DNA of 25,235 bases. Origin: Candidatus Thorarchaeota archaeon. Lineage in GTDB: Archaea; Asgardarchaeota; Thorarchaeia; Thorarchaeales; Thorarchaeaceae. Made by a program: the position numbers and the translations under genes. This document shows positions 8,438-16,825 of this stretch, piece after piece; within the stretch, counting starts at the first letter, position 1; the number at the start of each line of letters is the position of its first letter. A model generated the notes under the pieces. That model made no database searches. It saw only the letters and a program-made list of their open reading frames with translations, and was not told where the DNA came from. The stretch is from positions 1-25,235 of the forward strand of contig JAWAQK010000036.1 of the NCBI GenBank assembly GCA_038893995.1, given 5' to 3'.

Positions 8438-9654
8438 TGGTTCTGCGCCAGGCGGCGGATCTGTGGGGCCCTAACCTGATTGGTACCATGACAATCAATG
8501 CCCGACCTCTCGAGGACCTGCTCTACCATAAAGTCTGGTCGTCCTATCCAAGTTCTGCTCGCGGGATCAAATGTCTCTTCCCAAAGATGAAAGACGTATG
8601 AGTGATTATAGTCTATCAGGCCTACCCTCATCTCACTCAGACTGGCGTAGAGGTTAGTCAGCACCGACGACAGATGAGTGGGCTGGAGTCTGATGAACCA
8701 GAACAGTTCCGTATCTGAGATTCGCAGGGTCGACTCGAATGGTATAGGATTGGTTTTCAGGTTTGATGCGAGGGACTGAAGGTAGGCCCTATCGGACTTC
8801 CCGAATATGATCAGGTTCGTATTGATGTCGAACGCATCTGCATCAAAGGTCACCCTGAACCCATCGATGCATTCGTTCCTTATCATGAACATTCTTTGGC
8901 TGAATACTTTGGGAGTGATTGATACTCCTCGAGTCTTGAGGGACGCGATAATCTCGCTGTGTTTCCGCCGTGACCCTTTCATGAGTTCGTTTATGATCAA
9001 GACATCTCTCCTGGTGAGCCATCTCAGGACTGATGGCACTTCAGTCTCTCTCCCTCTTGTATTCGGCTGAACCTCTGACATTCGAGCGAACCATTCATGC
9101 CAGTTGAAGTCCCAGGTCATGGAATTTGGGTCCCATCCAGACAATCTGAACGAGGTATGTGTAGTAGAGTTAGAATTGGTAGACAGAAACTTGGCACTAT
9201 CAACGATGCCGTTCTCCTTCAGACGTTCTACTAATGAGTGTAGGTGACCCTCTGTCCCCTCTGGCACCCGAAACTGCATGAGTAGCCCGTTAGTTGACCC
9301 GAAACAACGCCCCCTGTAAGCCGAATAGGGGTGATGTCTTGCGACAGCTTCAAGCGTTTCCAGGGCCGCTAGGTTCGGAGTCGATAGTAGTACGTCAATC
9401 GGCGTCAGTCCCATCCTACCGTAGTTCAACAGAGGCATGATGGCGAAGTACCGCTTCCCGCCGTTCTCTCCCTGGAGTTCCCGTATCCGCTTTGCCACAG
9501 TTGGTTTTGACATCCCTGTCGATCTGGCAAGGTCGATGAGTCTACCGAAAGGATTTTCCTGTATCGCGATGAGCAGGGATAGATATTGCCCTGTGAGTTT
9601 CGTACCCCCTTCCTCCTCTGACCTAGGCTTCTGCTGTTCGGGTGCCGGTATCAC
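8416..9654 (-). CDS. Tandem (internally duplicated) Lrp/AsnC-like winged-helix transcriptional regulator
   Basis: HTH1 LIAIQENPFGRLIDLARSTGMSKPTVAKRIREL; degenerate HTH2 LTRRDVLIINELMKGSRRKHSEI; each followed by an alpha/beta domain ending WDPNSMTW or FDPASRTW; GTG start overlaps the upstream TGA. Confidence 0.8.
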   Translation of the reverse strand: MIPAPEQQKPRSEEEGGTKLTGQYLSLLIAIQENPFGRLIDLARSTGMSKPTVAKRIRELQGENGGKRYFAIMPLLNYGRMGLTPIDVLLSTPNLAALETLEAVARHHPYSAYRGRCFGSTNGLLMQFRVPEGTEGHLHSLVERLKENGIVDSAKFLSTNSNSTTHTSFRLSGWDPNSMTWDFNWHEWFARMSEVQPNTRGRETEVPSVLRWLTRRDVLIINELMKGSRRKHSEIIASLKTRGVSITPKVFSQRMFMIRNECIDGFRVTFDADAFDINTNLIIFGKSDRAYLQSLASNLKTNPIPFESTLRISDTELFWFIRLQPTHLSSVLTNLYASLSEMRVGLIDYNHSYVFHLWEETFDPASRTWIGRPDFMVEQVLERSGIDCHGTNQVRAPQIRRLAQNQCPQKEN

Positions 9655-10118
9655 TGTATTGACACGAGCGGGGGTCCTGGAGTTTCCTCCGGGGGATCAA
9701 ACCATATTTCGTCATAGGCCTGCAGAGAGCCCGCTGCAGTTATGACCTCGACCATCACTGCAAAGAGATACAGCCCATTCTCGGTAATGACGTTGTACCA
9801 ACTTACTGTCACATCCAGTGAGCAGTAAGCCCCTATTACCTTGACCACAAAATACCTGGTCTCTCCTGATGGCTTCTGCAAGAAGCAGTATAGATACGAT
9901 GTTCGAAACCATATTCCTGGATCCACAGTCACCGAGAACGATGCGTACATGTCATCCTTGACGCCGTCCGCATCAAGATCGAGGTACGTGGCGTCGGTGA
10001 TTTGTACACTCAGTGGGCTTGTTGAAACTGCTGCAACCTGTAGTGGCTGGCTTGCAAGCACAGCGACTACCACTATCAGAAGTCCCAGAGTCTTCGTGGC
10101 TTGCCGCAATGCATACAC
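9651..10118 (-). CDS. Secreted beta-rich hypothetical protein with DxDxDG Ca-binding-like loop
   Basis: Signal peptide (basic N-terminus plus LGLLIVVVAVLA), DLDADGVKDD motif, Pro-rich tail FDPPEETPGPP. Confidence 0.8.
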   Translation of the reverse strand: MYALRQATKTLGLLIVVVAVLASQPLQVAAVSTSPLSVQITDATYLDLDADGVKDDMYASFSVTVDPGIWFRTSYLYCFLQKPSGETRYFVVKVIGAYCSLDVTVSWYNVITENGLYLFAVMVEVITAAGSLQAYDEIWFDPPEETPGPPLVSIQ

Positions 10119-10174
10119 CGTTGACTGAATGTCATCTCACGTATTTTTGCATTACTCATCACATGTGGTACAAT

Positions 10175-10198
10175 GATAAAAATATTTATAATATGATT
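10175..10198. promoter_or_regulatory. AT-rich divergent promoter region
   Basis: GATAAAAATATTTATAATATGATT between divergent genes; TATA-like on both strands. Confidence 0.55.
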
Positions 10199-10317
10199 TA
10201 CCGGAGTACAACGATGAGCGCCCCCGCAAATTGGAAGCGAGTGATTAATTGGCTGTGTGCACGAATGGCGTCTGGCAACTGGGCCTAAGGGAGATCGGAA
10301 ACATAACGGTCTCCAAG

Positions 10318-10656
10318 ATGAACATAACAGTGAGCAGATACCTGCGTCTGAAGGTTCGGTCTATTGACATTGCTAGAGAGTACTATGGCTCCTCCGCTAG
10401 GCTGAAGGTCGCCGTGTCCGTTGATGATGGTCTGAGACAACCCGTTATCCTGAGCAGGGTCCGATTGAGGGCGACTGGGCCTGATGGCGCAGTGAAGTCG
10501 CTCGAGAGCACATCCGATTGCCACGGTGTGGCAGTCTTCGAGATAGGCAATGCTTCGAGAGGGTTCTGGACCCTCCAAGTATTACGTGTGGATCATCCCT
10601 GCTATCTGCCGGCAAGTCCGAGTGACATCATGCACACCCAGAGAGTCCTGCTATGA
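10318..10656 (+). CDS. Hypothetical protein, Ig-like beta-sandwich (start uncertain)
   Basis: Alternating beta-strand pattern, STSDCHGVAVF and GFWTLQVLRVDHPCY resemble Big/Ig-like strands; fills the gap between promoter and convergent gene. Confidence 0.6.
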   Translation: MNITVSRYLRLKVRSIDIAREYYGSSARLKVAVSVDDGLRQPVILSRVRLRATGPDGAVKSLESTSDCHGVAVFEIGNASRGFWTLQVLRVDHPCYLPASPSDIMHTQRVLL

Positions 10657-10666
10657 TCGATGCGAG

Positions 10667-11470
10667 TCAGTCTAGTCCCGCAGTCGGTACGCAATTGGGT
10701 CGTATGTCTAGCACGTTCTTCCCTGCAACTACTATCATGTTTCTACTGTCTGCAACGAGAAAAGGTGATCCATCAAAGTCCGCGTACACAGCAATGTTTC
10801 GCAGGCCCGCCTCCAAAAGCAGATCTGTAAGAATCTTCTGATTGAGTTTCAGGATTCGCTGCTGTGCAACTTGGGCCCTCCATCGGCCACGTCTTCTTCT
10901 CAGAGCCACCATGATGAGAGTCGAGTGATCCTTACAGTCGTGTTCGAGAAATCTGTAGAATAGCCATTTGATCCCATCCCCTTCGCCTTCTCTAGGAGGA
11001 TAGTGTCTGAAGCCTGAGGCATCTATTTCATCAAAGTTCAGTACCTGGACCACTAGCTTCCCACCTTCACTGAGCAGATTCGCAACAGCATATAGGACCT
11101 TCCTCACCGAATCAATATCATTCAGTAGCGCCAGCGAGTTTCCCAGGCATATGCATAGGTCAAAGCTCTCAGGTCTAAAGCAATCAAGATCCCTCATGTC
11201 CATCATTACCAAGCTGACTCTATCCCTTCTCTCCTCTGTATTTCGGGATGCCTCACTAAGCATTGCTCTGCTCAGATCAATTCCAACAACTTTCGCGCCT
11301 ATCTCCGCCATAGCGGCCGCATGTCTCCCCGCTCCACATGCGATATCTAGCACACTCTTTCGTTGACTCATCGACAGCAAACTTCTCAACATCTGCATCT
11401 CATGAGTCAATCTCTTACCCCAATCTATCGCACCATCGTAGGCTAATGAAACACGATCAAATGGATGCAA
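10667..11470 (-). CDS. Class I SAM-dependent methyltransferase
   Basis: Motif I VLDIACGAGRH, VVGIDLS, MDMRDL, FDLCICLGNSL, LSEGGKLVV; TTG start. Confidence 0.93.
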   Translation of the reverse strand: MHPFDRVSLAYDGAIDWGKRLTHEMQMLRSLLSMSQRKSVLDIACGAGRHAAAMAEIGAKVVGIDLSRAMLSEASRNTEERRDRVSLVMMDMRDLDCFRPESFDLCICLGNSLALLNDIDSVRKVLYAVANLLSEGGKLVVQVLNFDEIDASGFRHYPPREGEGDGIKWLFYRFLEHDCKDHSTLIMVALRRRRGRWRAQVAQQRILKLNQKILTDLLLEAGLRNIAVYADFDGSPFLVADSRNMIVVAGKNVLDIRPNCVPTAGLD

Positions 11471-11575
11471 CTCTTCATCGCCCCTGAATGTGTAACCGCA
11501 TAGCCAGTGTCCATCGCGTGAGCAAAGGTCCTCTGTTTGCCTCTTGAAGAGAGTGAGGGTCTGAGTGGTCTGTGT

Positions 11576-12064
11576 TCACTGCTGTATCCAGAGTATCTTG
11601 TGGTAGAGGTCAAGCAACACCTCAGGCCAACTGCCGATTGATCTCAGGAATATGTCCGCAGTCAGAGTGACTTCGTCATCTATACTCAGCTCCTTGAGTC
11701 TCGGACAGTGAAATAGTGGAGAGATGTTGACTCTTTTCAAGGGATTGTGATCCAGATGCAGTTCCTCGAGGTCTGGACAGTCAGACAGGGGGCTTAGATC
11801 GATATCACGAAGTCGATTGTAGCTCAGTGTCAGCGACCTCAGTCGACTACATCGTGAGAGCGGCGTCAGATCAATCTCTTCGAGCTTGTTTCCTCTGAGA
11901 GACAGGACCTCGAGGTCTGCACACCAGATGATGGGAAGAAGATCCAGTGATTTGATCTCCCTCAGATCCAGCGAGATTATCTTTCCATCGGCGGGAACTA
12001 TCTCTTCTCTGTCTAGTCCTGCGGATGTGTGGTATCCCAACGATACTCTGTCCACAGTGAACAC
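11576..12064 (-). CDS. Leucine-rich-repeat protein (162 aa)
   Basis: Repeats of LxxLxLxxNxLxxIDLxPLxxC (e.g. LRSLTLSYNRLRDIDLSPLSDC). Confidence 0.9.
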   Translation of the reverse strand: MFTVDRVSLGYHTSAGLDREEIVPADGKIISLDLREIKSLDLLPIIWCADLEVLSLRGNKLEEIDLTPLSRCSRLRSLTLSYNRLRDIDLSPLSDCPDLEELHLDHNPLKRVNISPLFHCPRLKELSIDDEVTLTADIFLRSIGSWPEVLLDLYHKILWIQQ

Positions 12065-12134
12065 ACCGTTTTCAGATCAGTAACGACTCGATTGGCATGA
12101 TGTGGGGTAGATTAATCTGTGCCCTCTGCAGAGT

Positions 12135-12788
12135 CTAGTGCTCATACCGTATCAATGACAGACCCTTCCTCAGAGTATATGCCTTTCTGAAGTCGCCAGA
12201 TTTTTCGGCATCAGATGCCTCAGCCTCCAGACGCTTGCTCAATTCTTCCACGAGGTAGTGCCTCAAGAACTCGTCCACAATCCCTGTCTGATCCGGGCTG
12301 CAGTATGCAGTAGCCAAATCTGAGAACAGGGAGTTCTTGATCCTCTCTATCTCCAGCATCGGATCGTCCTCGTCAGTCTCTCGTGTCCATCTTATGACGT
12401 GGCTTCGTCTGAGTCCGCCAACGAAGGGAGGTCGCCTTTTGCCTGCATGGGCCGGAGGCTGAACTATTATCTCAACATTTCCGTCAACCCCAAGGTATTC
12501 GAGTTCTGGACATAGTGTCAACGGTGTTACTTCGATACTTGTGAGTCGGTTCGTACGAAGTTCGATGCTTCTGAGGGCGGTACACTTCATTAAGGGCCAT
12601 AAGTCGATGGACTCAAGGAAGTTGTTCGACAGGTCCAGGTGCTGGAGGTCCGAGCACATCGAAAGAGGTTTGAGCTCAATCGTCCGAATGTGTCTGAATG
12701 ACAAGTCTATCTTTGTCGTATTGGTTGGGAACACCTGTTCCTCTGGGGTCCCTCTATGCCCTATCCACTTGAGGACTATTTTCTCCAC
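12135..12788 (-). CDS. Leucine-rich-repeat protein with C-terminal UVR-like helical hairpin
   Basis: LQHLDLSNNFLESIDLWPLMKC-type repeats; tail LEAEASDAEKSGDFRKAYTLRKGL. Confidence 0.88.
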   Translation of the reverse strand: MEKIVLKWIGHRGTPEEQVFPTNTTKIDLSFRHIRTIELKPLSMCSDLQHLDLSNNFLESIDLWPLMKCTALRSIELRTNRLTSIEVTPLTLCPELEYLGVDGNVEIIVQPPAHAGKRRPPFVGGLRRSHVIRWTRETDEDDPMLEIERIKNSLFSDLATAYCSPDQTGIVDEFLRHYLVEELSKRLEAEASDAEKSGDFRKAYTLRKGLSLIRYEH

Positions 12789-12979
12789 TCATTCTCCTCT
12801 CCCAGATTGGAAAGACAGGGCGCGGTACTTGTTATATGGTCGTATGCGCTTATGAACCCTAGTTTTCCTCCTGGACCACACGTCGTCAGAACTCATTGAG
12901 TCTGAACGTACCTGCTGTGTTGCAGCAGTATTGCCTGGCTGCATGGCTCCCAAAGAATGTTGATCCCTGGAGGGTAATC

Positions 12980-13339
12980 ATGATGCCTATTGATCCCAAC
13001 TATCGACACACCTGGACCATATTCGAAGACCACGACGGCCACCCAGTGTGGAGGACTGACTGCGTCGGGAATGGTAGGATCCATGGCTTGGTCGTTGGAG
13101 TACATGTAGAATCTTGTATTGCCTGTCAGAAGTGTGTTGAGGCGTGCCCGGTTCATGTGTTTACAGTCTGGTCTCCCGATAGTCACACGGATGTGGCAGA
13201 CCCGCTGAGAGAGCGAGACTGCATTCAGTGTCTCCTCTGCGAGATCACCTGCCCCGTACAGGCAATAAGTGTACTGCGAGTTCACGGGTCCGATGAAACC
13301 CTAGAGTCTTTATTACACGATGCGCAGGATGAATCCTGA
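12980..13339 (+). CDS. 2x[4Fe-4S] ferredoxin with N-terminal extension
   Basis: CIACQKCVEACP and CIQCLLCEITCP; start reassigned to ATG 12980 behind GGAGGGT. Confidence 0.92.
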   Translation: MMPIDPNYRHTWTIFEDHDGHPVWRTDCVGNGRIHGLVVGVHVESCIACQKCVEACPVHVFTVWSPDSHTDVADPLRERDCIQCLLCEITCPVQAISVLRVHGSDETLESLLHDAQDES

Positions 13340-13348
13340 GGTCCTATC

Positions 13349-14614
13349 ATGTTCGATGTTCTGCTTACAGAGGAAGAGAAACGCATACAGAGTGAGGTAC
13401 GCTCCTTCGTCCGCGATCGGGTTGATAGAGCCCTCATCATTGCAATGGACTCGAAGGAGAAAGAGTATCCCTATGAATTCGTCAGGGCCGCTGGTGCTGC
13501 CAATCTCCTGGGTCTCAGGTTTCCACGTGAGTACGGAGGCCGTGGGCTTGGTTGGGTTTCGGAGATGGTTGCTCTCGAAGAGGTCGGGGTCCTCGGGATC
13601 GCACTGGGCTGTGCGTACTCGCTGCCAAGTATAGTTGGAGAAGGTATCAACAGGTTTGGTACTGATGAGCAGAAGCGTGAGTACCTATTGCCCACATTGA
13701 GAGGAGAGAAGATATGCGGCGAGGGTCTTACCGAACCGAGGGGAGGATCCGACTTCTTCGCCACCAATACTACTGCGATTCGCCGTGGCGACCTCTTCAT
13801 CATAAACGGTCAGAAGAGGTTCGTTGCAGGCGGGGTCGGGGCAGACTACTTTCTTATCTATGCGCGTACTGATTTCAAGGCTGCACCACATGAATCAATC
13901 AGTGCGTTCCTTGTCGATCGCGAAACAGGAGTACGGGTCGAGGAGGAGTACGAGCTCATGGGATGCAGAGGCATGGGTGCCGCCAGATTGGTGTTCAATA
14001 ATGTTGAGGTTCCAGAGTCCTGCCTGCTTGGGCGATTCAACGGTGGAAATGATGTCTTCAATGCCATGATGGTGCCGGAGCGTCTCACCTCTGCTGCGGG
14101 CTCAATAGGTATGGGCCGAGCCGCAATGGAGATTGCGATAAGATACTCTAACATGAGGGAGGCGTTCGGTCGTCCTATCCGGAGGTACGAGGGGGTTTCT
14201 TTCAAGGTTGCGGACTGTATGACAGATCTAGACGCAGCTCGAGGGCTCATCTACCGTGCGGCAAAGGTGGCCGATACCGGCAGATGGTGCAGGAAAGAGG
14301 TGTCCCAGGCCAAAGTCTTTGCCACAGAGGCCGGTTTCAGGGCCGTCAGCGAGGCCATGCAGATACTCGGGGGAATCGGCTATACCGACGTCTATCCAAT
14401 TGAGCGACTGTTCAGAGACGCTCGACTTGCCACTATCTGGACCGGAACCAACGAGATCCAGCGACTTATCATCCAGAATGAGGTGTACGAGGAGGTCCTG
14501 AGAGAGGACCGAAGCCTGAAACGCGACGTTGAGCTGGATACTCCTGGAGCGCATAAGTCTGCTGAGAAGGTCTTTAGCGAACCTCTCGACAAGTATCTCA
14601 ACTCTGCATCCTAA
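13349..14614 (+). CDS. Acyl-CoA dehydrogenase family protein
   Basis: FPREYGGRG, GTDEQKREYL, GLTEPRGGSD, NGQKRF, REAFGRPI, AMQILGGIGY, ERLFRDAR, WTGTNEIQR. Confidence 0.96.
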   Translation: MFDVLLTEEEKRIQSEVRSFVRDRVDRALIIAMDSKEKEYPYEFVRAAGAANLLGLRFPREYGGRGLGWVSEMVALEEVGVLGIALGCAYSLPSIVGEGINRFGTDEQKREYLLPTLRGEKICGEGLTEPRGGSDFFATNTTAIRRGDLFIINGQKRFVAGGVGADYFLIYARTDFKAAPHESISAFLVDRETGVRVEEEYELMGCRGMGAARLVFNNVEVPESCLLGRFNGGNDVFNAMMVPERLTSAAGSIGMGRAAMEIAIRYSNMREAFGRPIRRYEGVSFKVADCMTDLDAARGLIYRAAKVADTGRWCRKEVSQAKVFATEAGFRAVSEAMQILGGIGYTDVYPIERLFRDARLATIWTGTNEIQRLIIQNEVYEEVLREDRSLKRDVELDTPGAHKSAEKVFSEPLDKYLNSAS

Positions 14615-14654
14615 CACTACATCTGGCCCACTCCAATGGCAAGGTTGATAAGAC

Positions 14655-14672
14655 TAGTTAATAATAGTTAAT
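14655..14672 (+). promoter_or_regulatory. TAGTTAAT direct repeat (10-bp period) overlapping a TATA-like element
   Basis: TAGTTAAT at 14655-14662 and 14665-14672, just upstream of ATG 14682. Confidence 0.5.
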
Positions 14673-14681
14673 CGATGGTAT

Positions 14682-14849
14682 ATGAGTCGACTTGTGTGTC
14701 CTATATGTGGAACCGAGGTCCGAGTGCCCGTTCACTGCGGTAGAGAGATGCATAAGGAAGGAGACAGACTTGTCTGCTGGATGGGTCCCACCTGCGGGCA
14801 GCAGAAGATACCCAGTCATTGCGGACAGGTGATGGAGCTCAAGGACTAG
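14682..14849 (+). CDS. Small (55 aa) Cys/His metal-binding protein with internal duplication; absent from the supplied ORF track
   Basis: Manual translation: MSRLVCPICGTEVRVPVHCGREMHKEGDRLVCWMGPTCGQQKIPSHCGQVMELKD*; fills the intergenic gap and ends 14 nt before the nitroreductase start. Confidence 0.85.
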   Translation: MSRLVCPICGTEVRVPVHCGREMHKEGDRLVCWMGPTCGQQKIPSHCGQVMELKD

Positions 14850-14863
14850 GCGGTGTGTCTAGG

Positions 14864-15412
14864 ATGGCGGAGATCATGAGGGAGATAGTGGAACGCAGGA
14901 GTGGACGTGCCTTCTCCAATCGACCTGTCAGCCAAGATGATTTGGAGTCGATACTCGCGGCTGGACGCCTGGCACCCTCCTGTAGTAACACACAGGCGTG
15001 GAACTTCGTCGTACTGACCGATCCTGACGCACTCAAGAGAGCACACGAAACGCTCAGCAGAGGCAACGCGTATGCGAAGAGGGCCCCAGTGATGGTCATT
15101 GTTGCTGCTAAGGAAGATGGGGGATGTCCGGCTCACGGACTTCCATACTTCATGATGGACGTGGGTCTTGCTGTCGAGAACATGCTCTTACAGGCTGTGC
15201 ACATTGGCATCATGGGGCACCCGACTGCGGGTTGGGACGAGGAGATGTTGAAACAGATTACTGGGATTCCGAAGGAATACCGTATAGCGACGGTCATATT
15301 CTTCGGATATCCAGAGGACCCAAACTCACTCGATCCGGAGACAAGAGCTAGAGAACTTCAAAGAAGCACACGGAGGCCACTCTCTGAGATAGTACATTGG
15401 AACAGATGGTAA
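14864..15412 (+). CDS. Nitroreductase family (FMN) oxidoreductase
   Basis: RRSGRAF, APSCSNTQAWNFVV, DVGLAVENMLLQA, FGYP, RRPLSEIV; start reassigned to ATG 14864. Confidence 0.94.
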   Translation: MAEIMREIVERRSGRAFSNRPVSQDDLESILAAGRLAPSCSNTQAWNFVVLTDPDALKRAHETLSRGNAYAKRAPVMVIVAAKEDGGCPAHGLPYFMMDVGLAVENMLLQAVHIGIMGHPTAGWDEEMLKQITGIPKEYRIATVIFFGYPEDPNSLDPETRARELQRSTRRPLSEIVHWNRW

Positions 15413-15512
15413 GGGGTCTGGCCACATCCATACGGAGTTCGATACATTGGGGCGCACCCACATAGACATAATAACTCTGCACGCATTGTTGACCCGAGGA
15501 AGAGTCCTGCAT

Positions 15513-16736
15513 ATGAAACCCGTTTCACAGCTACAGGCCCTTGTGATCATTCTTGTTGTAGCAATGTTCCACTCTCAACCAGTAGTCATAGCCGAGACCT
15601 GGACTGACAATGGTGAGGTGTCGTTTCTGGCCAAGATCAATGGAGTTCCCATTACTGCCTCGAATGTCAGCAACCCGATTGAAATCGATCCAACCGTCGA
15701 TCTGGTGATTGGTCTTACCCTCAATGCGAGCTACGACATCATACTCAGAACATTCTCGATCTCGATGAGTTACGCTGGGCTCCAACTGCTCAGCATTCCG
15801 GTGGACCTGGGCTCAGTACCAGTGCCTGCTGGAACATCCGTTCCATTTTCAAACACGACTCTACCTGTAGGACCAATGCTGTCACCCGGGGGTGTGACCC
15901 TGGTGACCGGGACTATCCACGGTGAGATATCCATAACTTACTCCTTGATTACAGCTCCCTCTGATAACCGGACACTGGCAGAGAGCTTCGTCATCCGCGT
16001 TGGGCACTCCGGCATTGGCGCACTGGTGTCGGTTGCTGGGATGGCCACGCTGGCCTTCACAGCGATATCGGTATTCGGGCTCCTGTTGTCACTCGATGAC
16101 TTTCAACAGGGTATTCTTGCAGCTCGAAAAGTACGGCGCGGGAAGACTCCTGCTGGTGTGGGCATATTCCCCCCAAGCATCATTCTGAGACGTCGTGCTC
16201 AGAAAGGCTCGGAGAAGATTGATGTCAACGAACTGGTCCAGAAAGTACGTCAAGTGGCCAGGAATCACTGGGACGGTAAGCGGTGTCCCAGATGTAACAA
16301 GGGATGGAAGCAAGACATGGAGACCTGCCGCAAGTGTGGTCTTGCAAAGAGTGACGCAATGTCATACTTCGCCGAAGGAATATCGGAGTACGCACCGCGA
16401 GCGCTAAAGGCAGTGCCCCCAAGATCGAAGGTGACGGTAGGAAAGTTCTCGAGACGATTGAAACTCAAACGAGACAAAGGCGGAGCTCTCGCAGCAGTAC
16501 TCACAGAGATGGGCATATTTCAGACCAAGAATGTGAAGGTGCCGCTAAGAAAGGTGTCAATGTCTGGACTCACTCTTGCCGGAACCTATTGGAGCTGGAT
16601 GCAGATCCTCGGTTCAGCAGTTCCTACATGGTCTGACTATCTGATTCTTGCAGCTCTTGGCCTTGTAGTGTCCGTCATTGTCGGGTACCTCATGAACTGG
16701 CTTGCCAGGATTCCACCCATGGGCTATGACAGTTAG
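15513..16736 (+). CDS. Membrane protein: signal peptide, extracellular beta domain, TM, C4 Zn-ribbon, wHTH-like segment, 2 C-terminal TMs
   Basis: Hydrophobic N-terminus, N-x-S/T sequons in the ectodomain, CPRC-x10-CRKC, basic cytoplasmic loop; start reassigned to ATG 15513. Confidence 0.75.
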   Translation: MKPVSQLQALVIILVVAMFHSQPVVIAETWTDNGEVSFLAKINGVPITASNVSNPIEIDPTVDLVIGLTLNASYDIILRTFSISMSYAGLQLLSIPVDLGSVPVPAGTSVPFSNTTLPVGPMLSPGGVTLVTGTIHGEISITYSLITAPSDNRTLAESFVIRVGHSGIGALVSVAGMATLAFTAISVFGLLLSLDDFQQGILAARKVRRGKTPAGVGIFPPSIILRRRAQKGSEKIDVNELVQKVRQVARNHWDGKRCPRCNKGWKQDMETCRKCGLAKSDAMSYFAEGISEYAPRALKAVPPRSKVTVGKFSRRLKLKRDKGGALAAVLTEMGIFQTKNVKVPLRKVSMSGLTLAGTYWSWMQILGSAVPTWSDYLILAALGLVVSVIVGYLMNWLARIPPMGYDS

Positions 16737-16825
16737 AAGCCAGTGTGCGGGTGTCGCGGGGTCATCATTCCCCGTCGACACTCTTTTCTTATGGTAGTCA
16801 AGCGTATCCTGCAGTGGAGTTGAAA

